From Candidatus Eiseniibacteriota bacterium (GTDB taxonomy: Bacteria; Eisenbacteria; RBG-16-71-46; CAVPCR01), in the NCBI GenBank assembly GCA_963823555.1, contig CAWGMA010000004.1, positions 224,001 through 288,000 on the forward strand: a DNA stretch of 64,000 nt. The letters run 5' to 3'. Every line of letters starts with the position of its first letter. Within the stretch, counting starts at the first letter, position 1. A program made the translations under genes and the position numbers. Under the pieces are notes generated by a model. It saw nothing but the letters and a program-made list of their open reading frames with translations. It was not told the origin of the DNA and ran no database searches. Below, piece by piece: positions 13,798 through 22,169 of the stretch.

Positions 13798-14610
13798 GTG
13801 TCCGGCGTGCGACGCATCCGGGCCGATTACGTGGCTGCCGCTGCGGTCCTGGCTCTGCTCGTGCACTGCCAGATGGACTATGCCTACGTGAGATCGTATG
13901 TCGACCAGGAGGTGCCCGCCGGTTCCGATGCAGAGGCCTGTGCCCTGAGTCTGGCCGCAGCCATTCATGCCGATGTTCCGCAGGTGCACGAAGATCCTTA
14001 TTTCATCGTTCCCGCTCTCAGCCCACTCGGCGCATCACCCACCTCTGTCTTGAAACAAGGAGGCTGCTGTTCCGGGATCACACGGCTGTATATTCTCGGT
14101 CTTGCAACCCAGGGCATTCGTGCTTCACAGGTGACGCTCTATCATGAGTCGGGCCGCGCCGTGCATTGCCTGTCCGAGGTGACGCTGCCCTCGGGCAAGT
14201 TGATCGTGGACCCTACCTACGGGTTCTACATCTCCGGTCGGAACGGGGAGGGCCTCAGCATCGAGCAGCTACAACAGGGCGCCACCCCATCGTTCTATGA
14301 CTTCAAGGGGCGGAGGCACGCCGGCTATCCAGGCGATGACTATTACCACTTCGACTACCGGCTGACGAAGACGGCAAACTGGACCAAGAGCTGGATCCGG
14401 CGTTCCGCGTACCGCGTTCTCCACGCCACGACTGCCGGGGGAGTCGATCGCCTGCGTCTCCACCCGGTGCTGGAGTGGCCGCAGGTGCTGATGACATTCC
14501 CCTTCCTGCTGATCCTCGTGTGTCGCGGCCGTCCAGCCTGGAAACCCAGAGGTCCGGCGTGGTTGGATCGCGTGATGCGGGAGGACGATACGATCCGGAA
14601 CCGCGGGTAG
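13798..14610 (+). CDS. Transglutaminase-like domain membrane-anchored protein
   Basis: GCCSG...HCLSEV...IVDPTY Cys-His-Asp arrangement; hydrophobic segments at N- and C-terminus. Confidence 0.6.
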   Translation: MSGVRRIRADYVAAAAVLALLVHCQMDYAYVRSYVDQEVPAGSDAEACALSLAAAIHADVPQVHEDPYFIVPALSPLGASPTSVLKQGGCCSGITRLYILGLATQGIRASQVTLYHESGRAVHCLSEVTLPSGKLIVDPTYGFYISGRNGEGLSIEQLQQGATPSFYDFKGRRHAGYPGDDYYHFDYRLTKTANWTKSWIRRSAYRVLHATTAGGVDRLRLHPVLEWPQVLMTFPFLLILVCRGRPAWKPRGPAWLDRVMREDDTIRNRG

Positions 14611-14651
14611 AAGCGCTCCATGGCGGTCTTCTCCCGTATGCGGAGATCTTG

Positions 14652-15623
14652 ATGAACGAACTCCTGGCCATTCTGGGTGCCCTGTTCAGCTTCCTGGTCC
14701 CGGCGTGCGCCCATGCTCAGCAGATGGCCGACCCCACGTTCCATCCCACGGTGACGGAACCGGCGTTTGTGAGCCGCCACCCGCGGATTCTCTTCGACGA
14801 GGCGCACCACAACTTCCACACCCTGGATGGGCGCTATCAGGCCTTCGGCGAATTGATGCGCGCCGATGGGTTCACGACGGCTCCGAACCGGAGGCCATTC
14901 GCGGCGGAATCGCTGGCGGGAGCCGACATCCTCGTGATCGCCAACGCCATGGGCGACGATCCGGCGACGGGGACCGACTCCACCGTGGCGCTCTCCGCCT
15001 TCACGGCCGATGAGATCGAGGTCGTGCACGCCTGGGTGAGCGCGGGCGGGGCGCTGCTCCTCATTGCCGATCACGCTCCGTTCGGCTCGGCGGCGGCGAG
15101 TCTGGGCGAGCGTTTCGGCGTCCACATGAGCCGGGGATATACGGTCGACAGTCTCCAGGCCGCCGGGTCGGGCAGCCCCACCATCATTCAGTTCACCCGC
15201 CAGGACGGAACCCTGGGCGATCACCCGATCATGGTCGGGAGGAACGAGAAGGAGCGTATCAACAAGGTGGTCGCCTTCACGGGCCAGTCGCTCCTCGGTC
15301 CTGCAGACTCGACCCCGCTCATGATCCTCTCCGCCGACGCCTTCGATATCCCGCGCCGGCTGTCGCAGATCGAGGGTGGCAAGGATGCGCTGATGAAGGT
15401 GGCGGTTCCAGCCCGAGGGCGATCGATGGCCGTAGCCATGCCGTTGGGGAAGGGGCGCGTAGTGATTCAGGGGGAGGCGGCGATGCTGTCGGCACAGGTG
15501 GTCGAGCAGGGGCCGGGGCAGGAGCCCTACAGGTTCGGCATGAACCAGGCTGGGTTGGACAACCAGCAGTTTGCGTTGAACGAAATGAGATGGCTGGCCG
15601 GGTCGTTGGATCGGGTGCGATGA
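14652..15623 (+). CDS. Secreted DUF4350/GATase1-like-fold protein
   Basis: Signal peptide ending AHA-Q; ILFDEAHHNFHT, WVSAGGALLLIADHAPFG, GKGRVVI, DNQQFALN. Confidence 0.65.
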   Translation: MNELLAILGALFSFLVPACAHAQQMADPTFHPTVTEPAFVSRHPRILFDEAHHNFHTLDGRYQAFGELMRADGFTTAPNRRPFAAESLAGADILVIANAMGDDPATGTDSTVALSAFTADEIEVVHAWVSAGGALLLIADHAPFGSAAASLGERFGVHMSRGYTVDSLQAAGSGSPTIIQFTRQDGTLGDHPIMVGRNEKERINKVVAFTGQSLLGPADSTPLMILSADAFDIPRRLSQIEGGKDALMKVAVPARGRSMAVAMPLGKGRVVIQGEAAMLSAQVVEQGPGQEPYRFGMNQAGLDNQQFALNEMRWLAGSLDRVR

Positions 15624-15636
15624 GAACGATCGAGGC

Positions 15637-15837
15637 ATGAGGGCTCGTCCAGTGGAAGACACCTTCCTGGTGACATGTCCCTACTGCAGTGAGGTTGTGG
15701 AGATCTACCTCGAACCCGATGTCTCGGGGGAGCTGGTCCAGGATTGTGAGATCTGCTGCAACCCGTGGCTCCTCCGGATCCGGGACGGCAGAGCGGGGCG
15801 CCAGGTCACGGTGGGTCGTGCCGACGGTTCCGAGTGA
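15637..15837 (+). CDS. CPXCG-motif cysteine-rich protein
   Basis: CPYC...QDCEICCNPW. Confidence 0.85.
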   Translation: MRARPVEDTFLVTCPYCSEVVEIYLEPDVSGELVQDCEICCNPWLLRIRDGRAGRQVTVGRADGSE

Positions 15838-16006
15838 GTCCGGTGAGCAACGCCGCGAAGCGTGGTGCCACGCAGCCGCGGAGCGCTTCCCGGGCGGCCA
15901 GCTCGGCCTCGCGGCGCGCCTGCGGCTGGAAACCGAGCCCGAGATGGAGCTGGACGGCGATCACGTTCGCCGATCCCGCGTCATGCCGAGCTCGAGCATG
16001 CCGCAC

Positions 16007-16333
16007 TCACTTGAGCTTTCGGGACTGACAGCATCGGCGCCCGCCCAGGTGCACCGGGCCGCCCTCAATCCTCAGCGCCTTGCCGTGAACGAGCATCTCC
16101 GCCGCCTTGCGATGTGCCGCTTCGATGATGCGGCTGAACGTCGGACGGGAGACATTCATCCGGGCCGCCGCTGCGTCCTGGTAGAGCCCCTCCAGATCGG
16201 CAAGCCTGAGCGCCTCGTATTCATCGAGCGTCATCACAACTTCATCGAGTTCGCCGATGGGCACTGCAATGGGTTTGAAGATCGATACGGGCGGTCTGCG
16301 GGCAATGTGGCGGGAGGAAAAGGGTCTGGGCAC
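16007..16333 (-). CDS. DUF134 family HTH DNA-binding protein
   Basis: PRP start, FKP, DEYEALRLADLEGLYQ..AA..MNVSRPTF.R...A..K.A..LV.GKALRIEGG; GAGGTG RBS before GTG. Confidence 0.92.
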   Translation of the reverse strand: MPRPFSSRHIARRPPVSIFKPIAVPIGELDEVVMTLDEYEALRLADLEGLYQDAAAARMNVSRPTFSRIIEAAHRKAAEMLVHGKALRIEGGPVHLGGRRCCQSRKLK

Positions 16334-16352
16334 GGGTTCACCTCGTCCCGAT

Positions 16353-16382
16353 ATGTTAAAGACATAGGTTCATAAAGGTCAA
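16353..16382 (-). promoter_or_regulatory. Candidate sigma70 promoter of the DUF134 gene overlapped by an imperfect palindrome
   Basis: Minus strand TTGACC-N18-TAACAT; TTAAAGACATAGGTTCATAA (16356-16375) is 12/20 self-complementary. Confidence 0.55.
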
Positions 16383-16579
16383 GACCCAATCCATTCAGCA
16401 TGAGCCGGTGAGTGATCGATATCCGGCAGCGACTGCGAATGGCAATGTATCTTTATTGCAGGTCCAGCTTTCCACGACTGGATTGGACTTGACTGCCGGC
16501 GGTGGTGAGGGAGAATGGCCACCTTGTTGATCGATGGGTCCCGGAATGCAATCCAGAGTCCCCTACCAGGAGTGATCCG

Positions 16580-16918
16580 ATGGCACGGAAGAAGATGGGT
16601 CGACGGTACTCGACGGAGCAGAAGCTCGAGGTCATACGCCGCGTGCAGGGCGGTGAGAGCCAGAAGGCCGTTGCCAGGGACACCGGGATCTCGTCCTGGA
16701 CGATTGGCTACTGGGTGAGAGGCGCCAAGGCCGGGCGCACGCCGGGGCGCAAGCCTGGACGTCCTCGTGCCACTCAGGTTGTGCGCCTGCAGGCGCCGCG
16801 CGCCAGCCGCCGGGTTGAGGAGATCGCCTGGGCTCTCGACGGGGATGTCCTCGTGGTGCGAATTCCGCTTCGCCAGTTCGTGCGTCAGCTGGCGCAGCGG
16901 GCACTGGAACACATCTAG
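16580..16918 (+). CDS. Small HTH protein (IS3 OrfA-like N-terminus) with AT-hook-like segment
   Basis: RRYSTEQKLEVIRRV..GES...VARDTGIS..TI..WVR; basic GRTPGRKPGRPR; AGGAG RBS. Confidence 0.75.
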   Translation: MARKKMGRRYSTEQKLEVIRRVQGGESQKAVARDTGISSWTIGYWVRGAKAGRTPGRKPGRPRATQVVRLQAPRASRRVEEIAWALDGDVLVVRIPLRQFVRQLAQRALEHI

Positions 16919-17047
16919 CCGGTGGTCGCGCCTGCTCGATGGACAGTCGGCATCGACCGGGTATACCCTTGAACTCGAAGGCAACGGTCGTGGTGCGGCC
17001 GGCGTCGTGAGCATTCCCCTGATCCGCGTTCGAGAGACGACGACCCG

Positions 17048-17875
17048 TTGAGTGACAGCGCCGAAAATGGCTTGCTCAGCATCGTGATCCCGGTGCGTGA
17101 CGAAGAGGAGAGCGTCCTCCGACTCGCCAGCGAGATCGCGAGCGCCTTCTCCGGCGTGTCCTTCCGGTGGGAAGTGGTATGGGTGGACGACGGATCGACC
17201 GACTCGACCGCTACCCGGCTCGGCCAGTTGAACGCTCCTCACCGGCTCGTTCGCCTCGACCGCAACTGCGGCCAGTCCGCGGCGCTTGTCGCCGGTTTCC
17301 TCGCTGCCCGAGGCACGTGGATCGGAACCCTCGATGGCGACGGCCAGAATGATCCAGCCGATCTACTGCGTCAGCTCGAGCACGCATTGCGGTTCGATTT
17401 CGACATGGTGAATGGGATCCGCGTGGATCGACGCGACAGCTTCATGCGCCGTGTCGCTTCCCGGATCGCCAATGCGTCGCGTAACCTGATCGTCGGTGAT
17501 CGGGTATCCGATGTCGGTTGCTCCACCCGGGTGCTACGGCGGGAAGCGGCCATCCAGGCACCCTATTTCCACGGTATGCATCGCTTCCTACCGACGCTGG
17601 TCCGCATGCGAGGCTTCACCGTTACCGAGATTCCCGTCGGCCACCGGCCACGGCACGCAGGGCGAAGCAAGTACGCCATCCACAGTCGGCTGTGGTCGGG
17701 AATCGGGGACCTCTTTGGCGTGCGCTGGCTCGTTGCGCGCCAGCGCGTCTGGAAAGCGGCCGAATATGTTGGCGCGTCACCGGCTTCGCTCCATGATTCC
17801 ATTGCCAAGGGGCCAGTGGCCGATGCCGAGTCCATGAGCACCCCGCCCATGGCTCGAGCTCATGATGAGAGATGA
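17048..17875 (+). CDS. Glycosyltransferase family 2 (polyprenol-phosphate GT, DPM1/ArnC-like)
   Basis: LSIVIPVRDE, VDDGSTD, GQSAAL, LDGDGQNDP, D.GC, MHRFLP, HRPR..G.SKY. Confidence 0.92.
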   Translation: MSDSAENGLLSIVIPVRDEEESVLRLASEIASAFSGVSFRWEVVWVDDGSTDSTATRLGQLNAPHRLVRLDRNCGQSAALVAGFLAARGTWIGTLDGDGQNDPADLLRQLEHALRFDFDMVNGIRVDRRDSFMRRVASRIANASRNLIVGDRVSDVGCSTRVLRREAAIQAPYFHGMHRFLPTLVRMRGFTVTEIPVGHRPRHAGRSKYAIHSRLWSGIGDLFGVRWLVARQRVWKAAEYVGASPASLHDSIAKGPVADAESMSTPPMARAHDER

Positions 17876-18297
17876 GAACTGAGCAACGGACCTTGGTCCT
17901 GACAGTCTGCCTTCTCCTGATGAGCACGATCTGTCTGGCCACATCAGGAGCCGACCCAGACCCCCGCGACGCCGGTCTGTCCCGTGCCTGGCTCGTTTTC
18001 GGCTTCGCCGCTCAGGCTGTCTTCGGCTTGCGGTTTCTGATCCAGTGGATCGCCTCGGAACGGGAACATGCGAGCGTGGTGCCACGCGGCTTCTGGGTGC
18101 TCAGTCTGGTGGGAGGGCTGTCGCTTCTGGTGTACTTCGTGCGGCGAGGCGATCCTGTCGGCATGGCAGGCCAGATCTTCGGCGTCATCGTCTACTCGCG
18201 AAATCTCTACCTGCTTGCTCGGCAGCGCCGAAGGCGCGAAGCCGAACAGGCTGCCACGATGACGCCGGGGTTCAAGCGCCCGGCGGCATCCGCCTAG
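17872..18297 (+). CDS. Lipid-A-biosynthesis N-terminal (LAB_N) domain membrane protein
   Basis: GF.AQ..F..RFLIQWIASE...SVVP..FW..S..GG..LL.Y...R.DPV...GQ...YSRNL; overlaps the GT2 stop. Confidence 0.88.
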   Translation: MRTEQRTLVLTVCLLLMSTICLATSGADPDPRDAGLSRAWLVFGFAAQAVFGLRFLIQWIASEREHASVVPRGFWVLSLVGGLSLLVYFVRRGDPVGMAGQIFGVIVYSRNLYLLARQRRRREAEQAATMTPGFKRPAASA

Positions 18298-18403
18298 CGG
18301 GGATGGGATGTGTCCGGAGTCCTCCGGCGGGAGTCGGGCGCAGGCACCTATCCGCAGGCGCTTGGTCAGCATCTTCCTGCCCGCTCCCCGGTTATGCGAC
18401 CCC

Positions 18404-18691
18404 CTAGTGAGTGAAGCGGGCTCGGGCTCGATCCACCGCCTCGCCAAGCGTTGCCAACGCCTCTTCAACGCCGGTCTGCAGATCCTTCCAGGCCTCACCT
18501 CCGGCCTCCCGGAGTTCCTCCAGCTGAGAGTTCGCCGCGTCACGCCGTGCGCACAGCTGCTCGATCTGCTTCCTGAACTCCTCCTGCGCCTCGGCCTGAG
18601 TGACCTGCGCCGTGTTCTCGATGCGGTTGATCTCGGCGTTCCACAGGTCGAGACGCATCTTCAGCCTCTCGATCAGCTCATCACGGTTCAT
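18404..18691 (-). CDS. Small coiled-coil protein (sll1863-like stress protein)
   Basis: RDE...R.K..LD.WNAEI...L.E....AW.DL..GVE.A pattern; GGAGG RBS. Confidence 0.75.
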   Translation of the reverse strand: MNRDELIERLKMRLDLWNAEINRIENTAQVTQAEAQEEFRKQIEQLCARRDAANSQLEELREAGGEAWKDLQTGVEEALATLGEAVDRARARFTH

Positions 18692-18993
18692 GATCGGGTC
18701 CTCCGTTCAGTGGCGCCACCGGAGTGGCTTTGGCTCGAGAGCCAGTGGTGGTACTCTCCCTTCAGGGACAGCAGATGCCTTTGCTGCCAAGACTATGATC
18801 AATGGGCGCCGTGCGCGACCCGAAACGGTTTCATGGGATCCCCCATGCGCTGGATATGCATGCAGAACACCGCCGCGAGCGGTGAGTTCACCAGTGATGC
18901 GGCCCTCGCTTCTGGTATGGCTTTCGCTGGGCAAGATCCGTACCACTGCGAGCCAGGGAGCCGAGGCCCATCATCGGGTGGGAGAAGAGTGCC

Positions 18994-20148
18994 ATGGATG
19001 TGATCACCGCTTCCGATCTGAAGTTGCTGGCGAGTCGATCCCAAGGACCGTGGGTGTCGCTGTTCCAGCCGACCCATCGGGGTGGGCCGGACATCCGACA
19101 GGATCCCATCCGCTTCAAGAATCTGGCGCGACAAGCGGAGGAGCAACTGCGGGCGCTCGGGTGGCGGGCCGGCGAGATCGAGGACTTCCTCGCTCCCGCC
19201 TGGCGCGTGTTCGAGGATGCAGCTTTCTGGCGATTTCAAAGCGATGGTCTCGCCACCTTCATTGCATCAGATTTGCTGCAGTGCTTCCGGGTGCCGGTTG
19301 CCTTCGATGAGCTCGTGGTGGTCGCCGATCGACCGCACTTGAAGCCGCTGCTCACCCTCTTGACCGGAGATGGTCTCTTCTATCTCCTCGCTCTCAGTCA
19401 GAACGAAGTGCGACTCTTTGCCTGCACACGGGAGCGCGTGGACGAGATCGATCTCACCGGCGTTCCACGGAGCCTTGCCGAGGCCTTGCCGTTCGATGAT
19501 CCGGAGCGGCAGCTCCAGTACCACACCGGGACTCCCGGAGGCGGGGCGGGTGGAGGTCGAGCGGCCATCTTCCATGGTCACGGGACTGGCATCGACGACA
19601 GCAAGGTCAACGTGCTGCGCTTCTTTCGGCTTGTCGATCGCGGCCTGAGCCGCTACCTCAAACACTCGTCGGCACCGCTGGTACTGGCCGGGGTCGAGTT
19701 CCTGTTGCCGCTCTACCGCGAGGCCAACTCGTATCCGGTCGTGGCTCCGGAGGGGGTGCTCGGCAATCCCGATGGTGTGAGTCCGGAGATGCTCCATGCT
19801 CGGGCCTGGCCCTTGGTCGAGCCCCACTTCGCCCGCACGCGCGAGGCGGCGGCGGCGCGCTATCGCGAGCTGGCCGGGACCGGGCGCACGGCGGCCGACA
19901 TCCGCCACGTGCTCCCCGCTGTCTTCCAGGGTCGGGTGGATACCCTCTTCGTGGCTGTTGGCGACCAGATCTGGGGGACGTTCGATCCCGGATCCAGCGC
20001 CTTGAGCCTCCACGACCGGCCCGCGCCCGGTGATGAGGACTTGCTGAACTTGGCTGCTCTCGAGACCGCCCTCAACGGTGGGACGGTCTACGCTGTTCCG
20101 GCTGCGCAGGTTCCGGAGGCGCCGCTGTCGGCTGTGTTCCGCTACTGA
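18994..20148 (+). CDS. Bacterial archaeo-eukaryotic release factor (baeRF3/baeRF7-like) family protein
   Basis: VSLFQPTHR..QDPIRFKNL, FYLLALSQN.VRLF, FHGHG, PLVLAGV, GRVDTLF, DLLNLAA.ET..NGG.VY, C-terminal AVFRY. Confidence 0.85.
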   Translation: MDVITASDLKLLASRSQGPWVSLFQPTHRGGPDIRQDPIRFKNLARQAEEQLRALGWRAGEIEDFLAPAWRVFEDAAFWRFQSDGLATFIASDLLQCFRVPVAFDELVVVADRPHLKPLLTLLTGDGLFYLLALSQNEVRLFACTRERVDEIDLTGVPRSLAEALPFDDPERQLQYHTGTPGGGAGGGRAAIFHGHGTGIDDSKVNVLRFFRLVDRGLSRYLKHSSAPLVLAGVEFLLPLYREANSYPVVAPEGVLGNPDGVSPEMLHARAWPLVEPHFARTREAAAARYRELAGTGRTAADIRHVLPAVFQGRVDTLFVAVGDQIWGTFDPGSSALSLHDRPAPGDEDLLNLAALETALNGGTVYAVPAAQVPEAPLSAVFRY

Positions 20149-20250
20149 GGACCGACCTCCCCGCCGGCTGGTCGCTCTTACCAAGTCGCTGCCGAGCGGG
20201 TATCCTGCCGTCAACAGGCCGGCGATGTCTTTCCACCCCACAGGTGAATC

Positions 20251-22044
20251 ATGATGACCGCAGGACGAGGCACGGCTGCCGGACATGCTGGTACCACTTC
20301 TCGCCATGGGGGGCGACCAAGTCGCCCCGATGCGAAGCGCGGCCAGCGGCCAGGAGCGGTTTCGGCGCGGCGGCTCGTCCAGCGCCTGGTCGAGCTGAAG
20401 AACCGCTTCTCAGCCGCTGACCGCGCGGCGAAACTCGCCACCCTCCGCGCGCTGGCAACGACCGATATCCTCGCGCCCGGGATGCTCCATGACTATCACG
20501 AGGCTCTGCTGTTCCTGCGGGCCTACCCGGATGATGCGACGATCTTCAAGCTGGCCTGTCGTGAGGCGGCGGCATTCGGCGACCGGGTCAGCCTCCTCCG
20601 CCGGAAGGACGCCGCGGCCGCATCCCTGCTCGAGGACACGGGGATCGTGCGCACGGGCATGTACTACAGCTACGACTACGCGGTCATCACGTGGCTCGTG
20701 CAATGGTACGGCGATGATCTCGAAATCGACTGGGACGAATACGAGACCACGGATCGGCTCGACCGCTTCCTGGCCTTGTTCTGCTCATGGGTCGAGAACG
20801 ATGGGCTCGATCTCGCCGATGTGGGGACCCGCGAATGGATCGAGCTGGGCAAGGGGCGCCGCACCAGCCTGCGTTGGTTTCTCGAGAACCTGCGGCAGCA
20901 TGTGGCCTCGGAGGCGCTCCGGACGAGTCTCTATGACGGCCTCGAGCTGCCCATCGTCTGGCAGCTCGGGGATTCTCCGGCGGCTCGCACCCACGCGGGC
21001 CGGCCGGCATCCTCGCCCTACTACCACCATGATGCGCTGCTCAGGAAGACGGGTGACTTTCGCACCGCAGTCGCCTCTCCGCTTTCCGCCATACGCCACG
21101 CATCCCGCCGCGAGGCCGGAGCGTTGATCAAGATGATCCGCTCCACCCTGTCCGTGCGCCATCGTGCGCTCTATCCCGTCGACTACGCCAATCCGGATGA
21201 GGTCATCATCGCCGAGGTCGATCGCGGCTACGCGATCATCTTGTTCGGGATGCATCCGGAACATCGACTGCCGATCGAGAGCGATTATGGCGTGCTCATC
21301 CTCAAGAACGGGTTCATCTTCGGCTATGGTGTCGGTGCCATGCTCTTCGATCAGGTGGAGATCGCGGTCAATATCTTCGACACGTGGCGCGGTGGCGAAT
21401 CGCGATATGTGTTCACGCAGTTCACGCGCGTGTTCCACCATCACTTCGGCATCCGGCGTTTCAAGATCGAACGTTATCAGGTCGGCTATGACAACGAGGA
21501 GGGCATCCAGTCCGGTGCCTTCTGGTTCTACCGGCGGTTGGGCTTCGTTCCGAAGGAGCCGCGAGTCCAGGCCCTGGCGGCGAAGGAGCAGGCCAAGATC
21601 GACCGCAATCCCTCCTATCGCACTCCGCCTGCGATTCTCGAGAAGCTAGCCGAGAGCGACCTCTACCTGGCGCTTGATGAGCGCTCGCCCGCCATCCTCG
21701 ACGACTTCCCACTGGCGGATCTCAGCCTGAAGGTCACCGCCATGATCGGACGGGAGTATGACGGCGACCGCGATCGGGCCGGTAGAGGTTGTGCGGCGCG
21801 GGTTGCGGCGGCGCTCGGTGCTCCGAAATGGAAGGAGTGGCCGAAGAAGGAACGAGAGTCCTTCGCCCGCATGTCACTCATCTTGGCCCTCATTCCCGGT
21901 CTCGACGACTGGCCCCAGGCGGATAGGGCGGATCTGGTGACACTGCTGCGCGCCAAGGGCGCGTCACGAGAGGCGGAGTACGCGCGCCTCATGACCGGTC
22001 AGATCCGGTTGCGCGCGGCCCTCGAGAAGGCGGCTCGCCCCTGA
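20251..22044 (+). CDS. Hypothetical protein (GNAT-like motif near C-terminus)
   Basis: Long ORF with protein-like composition and GC-biased third positions; YQVGYDNEEGIQSGAFWFYRRLGF. Confidence 0.7.
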   Translation: MMTAGRGTAAGHAGTTSRHGGRPSRPDAKRGQRPGAVSARRLVQRLVELKNRFSAADRAAKLATLRALATTDILAPGMLHDYHEALLFLRAYPDDATIFKLACREAAAFGDRVSLLRRKDAAAASLLEDTGIVRTGMYYSYDYAVITWLVQWYGDDLEIDWDEYETTDRLDRFLALFCSWVENDGLDLADVGTREWIELGKGRRTSLRWFLENLRQHVASEALRTSLYDGLELPIVWQLGDSPAARTHAGRPASSPYYHHDALLRKTGDFRTAVASPLSAIRHASRREAGALIKMIRSTLSVRHRALYPVDYANPDEVIIAEVDRGYAIILFGMHPEHRLPIESDYGVLILKNGFIFGYGVGAMLFDQVEIAVNIFDTWRGGESRYVFTQFTRVFHHHFGIRRFKIERYQVGYDNEEGIQSGAFWFYRRLGFVPKEPRVQALAAKEQAKIDRNPSYRTPPAILEKLAESDLYLALDERSPAILDDFPLADLSLKVTAMIGREYDGDRDRAGRGCAARVAAALGAPKWKEWPKKERESFARMSLILALIPGLDDWPQADRADLVTLLRAKGASREAEYARLMTGQIRLRAALEKAARP

Positions 22045-22169
22045 AGGCTCCGCGGACGGTTGACCCCCGCCGCCCGGTCTGGCTAGCATGACCACACACC
22101 ATCCCCTGGGTGTGCCCCGTCCCGGCCGGCGCCAGGTGGTCCCCCGGCGCCAGAAGAAAGGTCCCCATC

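Noticed and set aside
15806..16009. In-frame ORF after the DUF134 TGA (possible selenocysteine or readthrough)
   Set aside because: The continuation resembles no known domain, runs into the CPXCG gene on the other strand, and I saw no convincing SECIS
16502..17047. Intact IS3-family insertion sequence
   Set aside because: No DDE transposase ORF, frameshift signal or terminal inverted repeats found
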